Part shown: piece after piece, positions 39,771 to 49,759 of the stretch
Layout of the letters: every line of letters begins with the position of its first letter
Numbering within the stretch: position 1 is the stretch's first letter
Source of the DNA: an uncultured cyanobacterium
GTDB lineage: Bacteria > Cyanobacteriota > Cyanobacteriia > CAKZMO01
Direction: 5' to 3'
Length of the DNA: 64,000 nucleotides
NCBI GenBank assembly: GCA_963719515.1
Contig: CAVRCJ010000019.1
Location: 1-64,000, forward strand
Notes under the pieces: generated by a model
The model's input: only the letters and a program-made list of their open reading frames with translations
What the model was told of the DNA's origin: nothing
The model's database searches: none
Translations under genes and position numbers: made by a program

Positions 39771-42572
39771 TTAAGGCGGACGCCCCTCCCGGTTTGGACG
39801 GTTTCCCGACCAGTCGTCCACCGGAATTGTAATCTCGCTGCCGTCCCGGACGGCGCGGTAGTGGGGCGAGAGAATTTCGATGTCGGTGTGGTTGCACTCG
39901 TCCTGAATGTTCTCGTGCAGGCGAGAGTAGATGCGAGGCAGCTGCTTCACTTGGTCAGTGTAGGCGTTCAGCTCGTAGCTCACGTAATAGTCGTCTAGGC
40001 TGGTTTGCAAAATGAAGGGGGCGGGGTGGGCGCGGAGCCCTTTAGTGTTGCGGGCCGCCCGCATCAGCACCTGATGCACCTTTCGCCAGGGCACGTCGTA
40101 GCCCAAGGTTACGGTGGTGTGGACAATTAGCGGCGCGATGCGTCCGTCCTCCCTAGAGGTGCTGAAGTTCGAAATCAGGTTGCTGAGCACCGTGTGGTTT
40201 TGCAGCGTTACGACGACGTTTTTTGGGGTACGTACTTTATGTACGAATAGGTTTTGCTCCACCAGCTCTCCGGTAACGCTGCCGATTGTGACCCAGTTTT
40301 TCTCCTTCAGGTCGGTGAGAAACACCAGCACGAACCCAGCAATTACATCTCCGATGGTGGCCTGGGCGCTGAGGGAGAACGCCAGCACCGCAAAGGCGGA
40401 CACGCCTGCTAGGTAGGCCGTCCCTGCCCCCGGGAGATGGGGTGAGGCAATGACAACGGCAAAAGCTACCACCACGAGGCTCATCCCGTAAAACACCATC
40501 GTCCGGTATGCCCCCCGCTCTGGAATCAGCCGCACACCGCGCTTGATGAAGAAGATCGCTCCCCAGGCTGACCCAATCACAATCAGTAGCTCAAAGAAGT
40601 CGTCCTGCAAATACTCTGTAAGGGCATTCCAGCTGCTGATGGCGGCGATCGCGAGCGCGTTGAGAAGCGTTTGTAGCGGGAAGAAGGGCAGCAGGGCCAT
40701 GCTGCCTAGGGTTGCCATCCCCACCGCGAGGCTCACCGCCCACGCTAGGCGGCGGCGGGTCGACCTAAGGACGAGGTAGCGCGATCGCCTCCGCAGCCAC
40801 CATTGAGCAAATAGCCCGACATTGGCCAGCAGCAGCGGCACCATCAGCCTGCGGTAGAGCTGGTCCGTCCGTCGCTGCTGCCGCCACCGGAGAATTAGCC
40901 CCCCGCTCAATACAAGGAGGAGAATGGTGAGTCCGACATGTAGGGCGTAGGCGCGTTTGTATCTGCTGACGCGCTGCTGAATTTCGTAGCGGTACAGGGT
41001 GGCGAGGGCCAGGCGAGCCGCGCTATCGTCCGGCGTCGCGATCGCCTGCTCGACCTCAGCGGAGACCACCGCAGCGATCGCTTGCTCTACCTGAACCGCA
41101 AGATCGCCGCTCTGCTGGGCGGGAGAGGCCAGGGCAATGGCCTCCTTAACCTGGTTACCGATGGCCAGCGGAACCAGCTGCTCAATATCTATGGCGAAAA
41201 CCGCTGATGGCGCTAAGTCTGCGATCGCCGCCTGAATGTCCCTGTGGAGCGCCAGCGCGGCGATCGCCTCTTTCGTGGCAGCGGGAACCAGCGCGGCGAT
41301 TTCCCCGTTTATGGCGGTCGATAGCGGCATCTCGCCCACGGCCTGCCGGGTCGCTTCGGTATACGCTTCTAGGGTGGCGATCGCCTGCGCAACTCTAGGA
41401 GATGGGGCCTCGAGGCTTGCTTCGGCCTCATTCGAGAAGAAATCTAGGTCGGCGATCGCCTGGTTAACGTCTAGCCGCAGGACCGTCATCACCGTCAGGT
41501 CTTCCGCTTTGAGAAGCACATCTTCAGAGCGGTCGCTGCCCTCGGGGGCGTCTTTTGAGGCTACGGTCAGGGCCTCGGCGGAGTTGATACGACGGATGCG
41601 ATCGGTGATGATGGTGCCGCGATAGGCCGCGTTGTAGAAGTCGCCAGACTGCCGCACGGGAAATAGACGTTCCCGACTGCGGCCCACCGGTTGAGGCTGG
41701 GCTGGCTCGCCATTTTGCCTGTCTTGCTGGCCCTCTTCTGAGGTATCCGGCTCGGGCTTTACTCTTTCGCCAAGAACCGACTGACGCCATTGCCAGAGCT
41801 GATAGGGCTTCCAGTCAAAAGTAACCCATGAGGTCTGCTCGGAGACCTCGCTGACCACCTGCTGGATGCGAGCAAGTCGCGCTGCCGCCAGGACCGCCGC
41901 CGAGGACGCCCCTACTAGTTCGACATCGGCTGGCGCTACTAAAAGAATGACGCGATTGCGTCCCTGCAGCGACGGCATGTCAGAGACAATGCCCGCCACT
42001 GACTCTTCTCCCAGCGCCTCCACCCCCTCAAGCGCAGAGAAGGCCAGAACTTGCTCTAAGTCTTGCCCCTGAAGCACGCCCAGGGATTGGAGGTCGATGC
42101 GGCCTGAAATAATATCTGCAATCTGCTCTTCAACCCGAGCAACGCGCTCCCGGGGGGTATCACCTTGAAACCACGTTTCAACACAAAAGAGGGTCTGGCC
42201 GTAGCCCTCAACGCGGACGCTGTGGCTGCTCAAGATACAGCTGGGCTCTTGAGGCACGGGATCTAGCGCGGCATTTTCTGACGCGGGGTCTTTGAGCCCA
42301 GAATTGTCTAGCGCCGCGCCGCTTTGCGCCGCTTCCGCCTGCGCTGTGTCAGTCTCTGGCTCTAGCTGCTGGTCTGACGGCGCGGCGGGCTGCGACGCGG
42401 CGGGCTGCGACTGGGCAACTGCGGTTCTCGCCTCGAACCAGCTCGCTCGCCTCTGGGGTGCGTTGCTCAACCAGACGCCTAGGGCGATCGCCAGGGACAA
42501 GAAGACGAGCCCGCTTCGCCTAAGATCTGATCGCCAGATCCGCCGCCGGAATAGCCGCCGGGTCTGCCGCAC
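39771..42572 (-). CDS. Large MscS-family mechanosensitive channel
   Basis: C-terminal TPKNVVVT, TVTLGYDVPW, LDDYYVSYELNA, IEILSPHY; very long N-terminal extracytoplasmic region. Confidence 0.85.
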   Translation of the reverse strand: MRQTRRLFRRRIWRSDLRRSGLVFLSLAIALGVWLSNAPQRRASWFEARTAVAQSQPAASQPAAPSDQQLEPETDTAQAEAAQSGAALDNSGLKDPASENAALDPVPQEPSCILSSHSVRVEGYGQTLFCVETWFQGDTPRERVARVEEQIADIISGRIDLQSLGVLQGQDLEQVLAFSALEGVEALGEESVAGIVSDMPSLQGRNRVILLVAPADVELVGASSAAVLAAARLARIQQVVSEVSEQTSWVTFDWKPYQLWQWRQSVLGERVKPEPDTSEEGQQDRQNGEPAQPQPVGRSRERLFPVRQSGDFYNAAYRGTIITDRIRRINSAEALTVASKDAPEGSDRSEDVLLKAEDLTVMTVLRLDVNQAIADLDFFSNEAEASLEAPSPRVAQAIATLEAYTEATRQAVGEMPLSTAINGEIAALVPAATKEAIAALALHRDIQAAIADLAPSAVFAIDIEQLVPLAIGNQVKEAIALASPAQQSGDLAVQVEQAIAAVVSAEVEQAIATPDDSAARLALATLYRYEIQQRVSRYKRAYALHVGLTILLLVLSGGLILRWRQQRRTDQLYRRLMVPLLLANVGLFAQWWLRRRSRYLVLRSTRRRLAWAVSLAVGMATLGSMALLPFFPLQTLLNALAIAAISSWNALTEYLQDDFFELLIVIGSAWGAIFFIKRGVRLIPERGAYRTMVFYGMSLVVVAFAVVIASPHLPGAGTAYLAGVSAFAVLAFSLSAQATIGDVIAGFVLVFLTDLKEKNWVTIGSVTGELVEQNLFVHKVRTPKNVVVTLQNHTVLSNLISNFSTSREDGRIAPLIVHTTVTLGYDVPWRKVHQVLMRAARNTKGLRAHPAPFILQTSLDDYYVSYELNAYTDQVKQLPRIYSRLHENIQDECNHTDIEILSPHYRAVRDGSEITIPVDDWSGNRPNREGRPP

Positions 42573-42578
42573 CGCTGC

Positions 42579-43400
42579 CTACTGCTGACCGTACAGGACC
42601 TGCTGACTCGTCGCCATTGCCTGCACGACCATCGCTGGGTCAACCCACCCCCCCTGATACTTCAGTCCCCAGTGCAGATGAGGACCGGTGGTGCGCCCCG
42701 TCATGCCCACGCGACCAATGCGATCGCCCGCCTCCACCGTCTGTCCCTCCGCGATCATCAGCCCCGCTTCCCGGTCGACGAGGTAAAGCCTGCCGTCTAC
42801 CCGCTGGGCATGGCCCCGCATATGGCAGTAGATATGGGTCCAATCTCCTGATTCAACTACCACCGAGGTACCGCAGTTGCTGTTGTCGCTGACCTCTACC
42901 ACCGTGCCAGACCACCAGCTGCGAATGTAGCTGCCCGCCGGGGAGGCAATATCTAGGCCGTAGTGAAACTCTTGGCCATAGCCCCCCGTGGCGGAAGCGC
43001 GGTAGCCGAAGGGCGAGGTGTAGGCCTGAAAATTTTCGACCGGGAACGAAGCCCCTGACCACACCAATGCCGCCAGCATTGTAGGGTCGGCTTCGGTCAT
43101 CGCTTCTTCAGCTGCTTTGCCGGAGGTAGAATCGATAGCGAGATTTTTTCGCACGGGTTCAGCAGCGGCGACGGCCTTATCCGCGCTATCTGTTCCTGGC
43201 ACCGGGGCAACCATGCGAACAGGCTGAGGCAGGCGCTGCTGAGGTTTGGGCGACTCTTTCTGCCGCTCAACCAGCTCATGATGAATATCGGCGGCAGCAA
43301 TACCAGGAAGGCTCAGCCCCACCAGCAGCAGTAGCTTAGCGGCGCGGGATAGCTGTTTTCGAGCGACTAAAGCGCGAAGCGCGTCTACCGGATGGGCCAT
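42579..43400 (-). CDS. M23 family metallopeptidase
   Basis: SPFGYR, HYGLD, YCHM, TGRTTGPHLH. Confidence 0.92.
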   Translation of the reverse strand: MAHPVDALRALVARKQLSRAAKLLLLVGLSLPGIAAADIHHELVERQKESPKPQQRLPQPVRMVAPVPGTDSADKAVAAAEPVRKNLAIDSTSGKAAEEAMTEADPTMLAALVWSGASFPVENFQAYTSPFGYRASATGGYGQEFHYGLDIASPAGSYIRSWWSGTVVEVSDNSNCGTSVVVESGDWTHIYCHMRGHAQRVDGRLYLVDREAGLMIAEGQTVEAGDRIGRVGMTGRTTGPHLHWGLKYQGGWVDPAMVVQAMATSQQVLYGQQ

Positions 43401-43760
43401 GGGGGTGGGGCTCTATCTAAGGAGGTATCTACTCTGGGCGAATTTTAGCTAAGTTTGGCTGTGAAAAGCTAGGGGGAATGCCCAACATCTACGGATATCT
43501 TTAGATGTTCTTCACAGCGGCTCTCAGAGAGTTCACTAAACAAGCTAAAGTCTACCCTCAGACTGCCTTTACCATTTCAGTAGTAGACCAATCTTGATGC
43601 AGGTTTTGATGCAGTTAATGGCACTAACCGCAGATCTTGTCCCAAATTTCGCTGATTTTGAGAATGCTGCCTCGAAGTAAGACAACAGTTCAGCGTCAGC
43701 CCTTGCGCCCAGAGCTATCTCTGCGCTTTCCCCATAGCCATTCACTACCCTTTAGAACTT

Positions 43761-44183
43761 GTGCGCAACCGATCGTCCCGAAACCGTAAGCGCTCCCAAC
43801 GGCGCGCCATTTACTGCCCGATTCACGGTATTCATCTCGACAGCGTTAGCCAAAAGCATGGCCTCTATGCCGACCGGGCCGGTCAGCTGCAGGAGCGCGG
43901 CATTGTGCGCAAGCGGGCGCTGCTGCTGCTGGCCACTCGCACAACAATCGCCATCACCGGGGAGTGGCTGGAGGCCTTTTGGTGTGACGGCTGTCAGCGG
44001 GCAACCTGGTACCACATTCATAAAACAGGCGATCGCACCTACGAAGTATCGCCCGCGCCCCGAGAGCTATGGCAGCAGGTGGGCGGCGTCATCCACCCCG
44101 ACGGCAACCCGACGGTGGGCGAATTTACCCGGCGGCATTCTCGCCGAGGCGGACCTAGGGTGAAAGACTTTCGCGGGCTTTGA
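43761..44183 (+). CDS. Conserved hypothetical protein, possible Zn-binding
   Basis: YCPIHG and WC.GC motifs; GTG start. Confidence 0.7.
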   Translation: MRNRSSRNRKRSQRRAIYCPIHGIHLDSVSQKHGLYADRAGQLQERGIVRKRALLLLATRTTIAITGEWLEAFWCDGCQRATWYHIHKTGDRTYEVSPAPRELWQQVGGVIHPDGNPTVGEFTRRHSRRGGPRVKDFRGL

Positions 44184-44221
44184 GCGAGGTTTGAGCCGAG
44201 CCGTAGCTTTGAACAGACGTC

Positions 44222-44743
44222 TTACGGACTGACTGCTGCGATCGCGGCCTCAAACTCCTGCCGGAGAATTGACATAATGATTAGCGACCCATATCCCGCT
44301 TCCGTCTTAAAGCACTCCCGCAGCAGCCCCTCCTCCACAAACCCTGCCGCTCTGTAGATTGTCCGAGCCCGGGCATTGAATGGCTTCACGTCTAGCCAAA
44401 GTCGGTGGGCCTGGTACTGGTCAAAGGCCAGCGCTTTGACCAGGCTAATGGCTTGCTTGCCGAAGCCCTTCCCCTTCTCAGTAATGATAATGCGCCGCAG
44501 CTGAATGCTGTGATCAGGGTCCTGTAGTCCCACCATAATCAGATAGCCTACGGACGTGGCCGCCGCTGCATTGGCTTCTACGGTGAGATGGGCGATATTG
44601 GGGTCACTGAGGGCCTGCTGGTGCCGGTGTCGAGACCAGTTCATTATGAAAGGACTGTTGTCTTGATGGCTTTCGGCAGCTAAGACGTAATCTAGGTCAA
44701 GGGCCTTGGTCCTGCGCAAGTGTAAGTCAGGTGTGGTGTTCAT
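44222..44743 (-). CDS. GNAT acetyltransferase (RimL/SpeG-like)
   Basis: KGKGFG, HRLWLDV..NARA..Y..GFVEEGLLRE. Confidence 0.85.
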   Translation of the reverse strand: MNTTPDLHLRRTKALDLDYVLAAESHQDNSPFIMNWSRHRHQQALSDPNIAHLTVEANAAAATSVGYLIMVGLQDPDHSIQLRRIIITEKGKGFGKQAISLVKALAFDQYQAHRLWLDVKPFNARARTIYRAAGFVEEGLLRECFKTEAGYGSLIIMSILRQEFEAAIAAVSP

Positions 44744-44824
44744 GTGGGTAGGCGTGGTACAGCTAGAATGCGGTACAGCAATAGCATACGCAATAGAGGT
44801 TCACGACGCAGTAGACTTTAGAAC

Positions 44825-45508
44825 ATGCCACCCCGTCTCCATCTTTTGCCCATTGTTCCGGCCAAGCGCACCCGCGCCCAAGGCTGTCAATATTTCGTTG
44901 ACGACCAGGGCAATCGCTTGCCTAGCGTCACCTCAGTACTCAACGCCACTAAGCCCGCCGAAGACCGGCAGGCCTTAGCGCGGTGGCGGCAGCGGGTGGG
45001 GGCGGAGGCGGCCAAGCAGATTTCCGGGACCGCTAGCCGTCGCGGCACGCTGACCCACAAGCACCTAAAGCAATATCTGCTGGGGGATGAGCAGCCCTGC
45101 CCAGAGGCTGCTCGCCCCTATTGGGACAGTCTACAGCCGGTGCTGCAGGATATCGACGCGGTGAGGCTAGTGGAGAGTACCGTATTTCACTACGACCTCG
45201 GCTATGCGGGGCAGGTAGACTGCGTGGCGAGCTACCGAGGGGCGGCCTGCATCTTAGACTGGAAAACCAGCGATCGCCCCAAAGAAACTGTAGAGCGGCT
45301 GCGAGACCAGCCCCTGCAGCTCGCCGCCTACTGCGGTGCGGTGAACCATACCTATGCCGGTGAAGATATTCACCTCCGCTGCGCCATGCTGGCGGTGGCC
45401 TTACCCGATCAGCCCGCTGAGGTGTTTTGGTTTACGCCCGAGGTGCTGCAGGGCTATTGGCAGCAGTGGCAGCTGCGGCTCGAGCAATTCAAGCGACGGA
45501 GGCGCTGA
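44825..45508 (+). CDS. PD-(D/E)XK exonuclease, MGME1/RecB-like
   Basis: LPSVTSVL, WRQRVG, RGTLTH, VE, YAGQVDC, LDWKT, QLAAY. Confidence 0.85.
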   Translation: MPPRLHLLPIVPAKRTRAQGCQYFVDDQGNRLPSVTSVLNATKPAEDRQALARWRQRVGAEAAKQISGTASRRGTLTHKHLKQYLLGDEQPCPEAARPYWDSLQPVLQDIDAVRLVESTVFHYDLGYAGQVDCVASYRGAACILDWKTSDRPKETVERLRDQPLQLAAYCGAVNHTYAGEDIHLRCAMLAVALPDQPAEVFWFTPEVLQGYWQQWQLRLEQFKRRRR

Positions 45509-45650
45509 CAAGATCCTGCAAGCGACGGAGGCGCTGACAAGATCCTGCAAGCGCCGAAGGCGCTGACAAGACCCTGCAAGCGCCGAAGGCGCTGACAAGA
45601 CCCTGCAAGCGCCGAAGGCGCTGACGAGACCCTGCAAGCCCTCGAGCGCT
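45491..45650 (+). repeat. Tandem array of five 29-bp units plus a partial sixth, no spacers
   Basis: Units start at 45491, 45520, 45549, 45578, 45607; consensus AAGCGCCGAAGGCGCTGACAAGACCCTGC. Confidence 0.95.
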
Positions 45651-45775
45651 AAATATGCGCATACTGCAGACGTCACACCTCCAGGCCAAGCTTAGATGAG
45701 AGATATCCCCCTTTGGCAGTTGTCTAGACCTGTAGGGCCCTTTAGCCTAAATAGGCCGTCTCTCCGTCTGTTTCT

Positions 45776-47662
45776 ATGACCGACCAGCTCGACCTGTTCA
45801 CCACCGCTGACCCCTACGGCTGGATGGGCAGCGTCGCGACATTTTTGGGCACCCCGCCCGACGCTTGGCTGCGCACCCTCACCCAAAACTACGCCACCCT
45901 CTACGCTCAGCAGGCCACCCAAACCCAGCGCGACGCCTGGCTCGATAGCTATGCGGTAATGCAGTCACCTTTGAAGGCGCTGACCCAAACCCGCCCCGCT
46001 AGCGCCGACTGGACCTTGATCTTCGAATACGAGCTGCCCCGCGAGGGGGGACGCCGCCCCGATCTGGTGCTGCTGGCTGAGGGGCAGATTCTAGTGCTGG
46101 AATTTAAGCAAAAGACCGCTGCCGCCGCCAGCGATCGCGACCAGGTGACCGCCTACGCCCGCGACCTGACGGACTACCACAGCGGCTGCCGCCAGCACCC
46201 CGTTACGTCTATCCTAGTGCCGACCCGGGGGACCAGCAAGAGTGACCCCAATGCCACCCCGCGGGTCCTCTATCCCAGCGAAATCGAAGCCTACTTACAG
46301 GCGCTGCCCAAAGGGGCCTCTAAAATTGACCCCGATGCCTGGGTGCAGGCCGACTACGCCCCCCTGCCCACCGTTATTCAGGCCGCGCGGCAGATCTTTC
46401 AGCACCAGCCGCTGCCCGACATCAAGCGCGCCCACAGCGCCCGCATTCCGGAGGTGATGGACTACCTGCACCAGCTCGCGGAGCGGGCAGCGGAGAAGCA
46501 GGAGCGACACTTAGTGCTAGTGACCGGTGTACCGGGGGCGGGTAAGACACTGGTGGGGCTGCAGTTTGTGCATCAGCACCCCTCGCAAGATAGCGCAAGC
46601 GCCGTCTTTCTCTCGGGCAACGGGCCGCTAATCGAAGTGCTGCAGTACGCCCTCAAAAGCAAGGTCTTTGTGCAGGCGGTGCGCAACTTCTATATCCAGC
46701 ATCAGGTGCGCCGCCAGACGGCACCGTCGGAGCATGTAATCGTGTTTGACGAGGCGCAGCGGGCCTGGGATGCGGAGCGGATGCAGGAAAAATACGGCAT
46801 TGAGTCAGCGGCGGCGGGGGCAGTCCTGAGGATTGCCCAGCGCATCCTTGACTGGTGCATCGTGCTGGGGCTAATTGGGGAAGGGCAGGAAATTCACGTG
46901 GGGGAGGAGGAAGGCACAGAGCAGTGGAATGAGGCGATCGCGTCAGTCTCGGCTGATGAGGTTTGGCAGGTTCACTGCAGCCCCGACCAGACCCGCTACT
47001 TCACCGCCTTACCCGACGGGCAAATCCACGCCGACTCGCGCTTTAACCTCACTACGTCCCTCCGCTCCCACCGGGCCAAAGACCTGCAGACCTGGGTGGC
47101 CCACCTGCTAGACGGAGACCCGGCCGCCGCTGCCCAGCTGATGCCCCAACTGCAGACAGACGGCTTCTCCGCCTACCTCACCCGCGATCTGGGCGTGGCC
47201 AAAGCCTACTGCCGCGATCGCTACGCCCACGGGACCACCAAGCGCTACGGCCTCATGGCCTCCTCCCGGGCCCGCAACCTCTCGGACTACGGCCTGCCCA
47301 ACGACTATCTGGCCACGCGCCGGGTGAGGCCCGGCCCCTGGTACATCGACCCACCCGACTCGCCCCTGTCCTGCTGCGCGCTAGAGAGTGCCGTGACGGA
47401 GTTCGGCTGTCAGGGGCTAGAGCTGGATTTTCCCGTGGTGGGGTGGGGAGACGACCTGCGCTGGGATGGGGCAACCTGGATCACCACGACGCGGCAGAAA
47501 AACGTAGCGGACCCCAGGCGGCTGCGCCTCAACAGCTATAGAGTGCTGCTGACGCGGGGGCGGGATGGGTTCGTGGTGTTTGTGCCGCCGGAGGAGAAGA
47601 TGGACCAGACCGCGGGGGCGCTGCAGGCCGCGGGACTAGCTCCCCTAGTCCATCAGCGCTGA
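45776..47662 (+). CDS. DUF2075 (Schlafen group 3-like) helicase with N-terminal PD-(D/E)XK nuclease domain
   Basis: FEYELP..RPDLVLL..LEFK nuclease; GVPGAGKT Walker A, VFDEAQR Walker B, QGLELD, YRVLLTRGR. Confidence 0.85.
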   Translation: MTDQLDLFTTADPYGWMGSVATFLGTPPDAWLRTLTQNYATLYAQQATQTQRDAWLDSYAVMQSPLKALTQTRPASADWTLIFEYELPREGGRRPDLVLLAEGQILVLEFKQKTAAAASDRDQVTAYARDLTDYHSGCRQHPVTSILVPTRGTSKSDPNATPRVLYPSEIEAYLQALPKGASKIDPDAWVQADYAPLPTVIQAARQIFQHQPLPDIKRAHSARIPEVMDYLHQLAERAAEKQERHLVLVTGVPGAGKTLVGLQFVHQHPSQDSASAVFLSGNGPLIEVLQYALKSKVFVQAVRNFYIQHQVRRQTAPSEHVIVFDEAQRAWDAERMQEKYGIESAAAGAVLRIAQRILDWCIVLGLIGEGQEIHVGEEEGTEQWNEAIASVSADEVWQVHCSPDQTRYFTALPDGQIHADSRFNLTTSLRSHRAKDLQTWVAHLLDGDPAAAAQLMPQLQTDGFSAYLTRDLGVAKAYCRDRYAHGTTKRYGLMASSRARNLSDYGLPNDYLATRRVRPGPWYIDPPDSPLSCCALESAVTEFGCQGLELDFPVVGWGDDLRWDGATWITTTRQKNVADPRRLRLNSYRVLLTRGRDGFVVFVPPEEKMDQTAGALQAAGLAPLVHQR

Positions 47663-49618
47663 CACCCTTCGGCATTGGCCCAAGGCCATTAGCGGAAAGT
47701 ACTGCTGGTACATGTGGTACTTGAGGTAAAAGTGGCAGGGGAAGCCCGTGCCCGTGAAGTAGTCCTCGCTCCAGCGCCCGTCGGACAGCTGGGTCCCCAC
47801 TAAATAGCGAACGCCCTGCTCTAGAGGCTCCTTGGCCGGACGGCCCGTCGCTTCCGCCGCCGCAATCAGCCCCAGCAGCGCCCAAGCCGTCTGCGATGCG
47901 GTGCTCTCGCCCTGGCCGCGCAGCGTTGGGTCGTCGTAGCTGCGGCAGGTCTCCCCCCAGCCGCCGTCGGGGTTCTGGCAGCCTACCAGCCAGCTGGCCC
48001 CCCGCTCGATTGCCTCTCGGTGCCGCTCCGGCCTCACTAAGGCCAGGGCCGCCAGTACGCCGCTGGTGCCGTAAATATAGTTGACCCCCCAGCGCCCAAA
48101 CCACGCCCCGTCCGGCTCCTGCTCAGCCAGCAGGTAATCGAGCGATCGCTCCAGTCGCTCCGGCGCACTGCTCGGCCCCGGCAACAGCTGCGGCAGATGC
48201 TCATAGGGCTTACCGCTGTACTCTGCCCCACCCCAACCCTTGAGATAGCCCACCATCTCCACCACCCTCGCCGTCACGTCGGCGGTGTTGGGGTCGATCA
48301 TCGCCTTTAGGTCCGCGTAGGGCAGCGCGTTCAGCCACTCCTGGTCGTTGTCGATGTCAAATGCCCCCCAGCCGCCGGGCTTGCACTGCATGGTGGCAAT
48401 CCAGTCCACCGCGCGGGCGATCGCCCCCTGCTTTAAGGATTCGTCGGGCATCGTCAGCTGGCTTAAGGCCATCACCACCGTCGCCGAGTCGTCCACATCG
48501 GGGTACCAGCGATTGACAAACTCAAAGGCCCAGGCCCCAGGGCGACCCGCCCTATTTTTCACCGCCCAGTCGCCGTAGTCAATAATTTGCCGATCCAGCA
48601 GCCACTGCCCCGCCTTTACCAGCTCGGGGTGGTCTTCTGGCAGTCCAGAATCTCGCAGGGCGCGGATGCACCAGGCGGTGTCCCATACGGGGGAGACGCA
48701 GGGCTGCACGCTGTACTGCTCCTCGGTTTCGATCACAAACCGGTCTACCGCCGCTAGGCCCCGCTTTACCATCGGGTCATCTTTGTCGTAGCCCAGGGTG
48801 CGCAGCGCCAGCAGGGAGTTGAGCATGGCGGGAATGATGCCCCCCCAGTCGCCGGTCTCTTCCTCACGCTCTAGTACCCAAGCTTCGGCGGCTTTGAGGC
48901 CGCGCTGCCGAAAGGGCACCACATTAAAATTTTCCGATAGCTTAAAGAGCTTGTCCAACACCAGAAACAGGTCGCTCCAGTCGCCGCTGCGGGGAAAGCC
49001 CAAGGGGGCATTCTCTTTGCCCTCCGAGTACAGTTCATCTAGGGTGACGGCGGGCTCAGTGACAAATACTGGCTTTTGGTCAAACACAATCAGCAGCGGC
49101 ACCGTGCTGCTCCGTGCCCAGCTAGACATTTCGTAAATGGGAAAAGACTGGGGCAGCAGCATAATCCAGGGCGGAATAGAGGGCACGCCCCGCCAGTCGT
49201 AGCAGCCTACCAGCGCTAGGTGCAGCTTGGTGAATACGCGGGTTTTGGTGATGCCGCCGTGGGCCAGAATGAAGTCTTTGGCCCTGACCATATCTGGGTC
49301 CGCCGCCGGAACTCCCAGCAGCCGCAGCGCCAGGTAAGCCTCTACCGAGTTGCTCAGGTGCCCCCCGTCGCCGTAGTACAGCTCCCAGCCGCCGTGCTCC
49401 CGCTGCTGCGATCGCAAGTAGGCCTCTACCTTGTGCAGCGATCGCCCCGCGTCCGTGCCCCAAATCTTGTGCAGCAGCACCCCTTCCGCCGTAATGCTGA
49501 CGTTGGACTCTAGCTCTGCCCACCAGTAGCCCTCGGGGTGCTGCTCTCCTAATAGGTAACGCTGGCTGGCGGCGATCGCGTCGTCTAGCCCTAAGGCGGT
49601 GCGGTTTTGGGTTTGCAT
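47645..49618 (-). CDS. shc: Squalene-hopene cyclase
   Basis: YPDVDDS (DxDD), QW repeats, SPVWDT, WFGRWGVNYIYGT, TGTGFP. Confidence 0.96.
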   Translation of the reverse strand: MQTQNRTALGLDDAIAASQRYLLGEQHPEGYWWAELESNVSITAEGVLLHKIWGTDAGRSLHKVEAYLRSQQREHGGWELYYGDGGHLSNSVEAYLALRLLGVPAADPDMVRAKDFILAHGGITKTRVFTKLHLALVGCYDWRGVPSIPPWIMLLPQSFPIYEMSSWARSSTVPLLIVFDQKPVFVTEPAVTLDELYSEGKENAPLGFPRSGDWSDLFLVLDKLFKLSENFNVVPFRQRGLKAAEAWVLEREEETGDWGGIIPAMLNSLLALRTLGYDKDDPMVKRGLAAVDRFVIETEEQYSVQPCVSPVWDTAWCIRALRDSGLPEDHPELVKAGQWLLDRQIIDYGDWAVKNRAGRPGAWAFEFVNRWYPDVDDSATVVMALSQLTMPDESLKQGAIARAVDWIATMQCKPGGWGAFDIDNDQEWLNALPYADLKAMIDPNTADVTARVVEMVGYLKGWGGAEYSGKPYEHLPQLLPGPSSAPERLERSLDYLLAEQEPDGAWFGRWGVNYIYGTSGVLAALALVRPERHREAIERGASWLVGCQNPDGGWGETCRSYDDPTLRGQGESTASQTAWALLGLIAAAEATGRPAKEPLEQGVRYLVGTQLSDGRWSEDYFTGTGFPCHFYLKYHMYQQYFPLMALGQCRRVSALMD

Positions 49619-49759
49619 TGAGTCACTCCTCTTCATTGACCTAGGCTGCTGCGCTGATGCAGAGCATCTTGAAAAGCCCAAGTTATAGAGTGTAGCGGGT
49701 TTTAAGCGTGAAGACGAGCCAAGATATGGCAGGGCTAGCGGAGCACTGTACCCAGCTTT

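Noticed and set aside
45491..45650. CRISPR array next to a Cas4-like nuclease
   Set aside because: Units are contiguous with no unique spacers, the nuclease lacks the Cas4 Fe-S cysteine pattern, and there are no cas genes in the window
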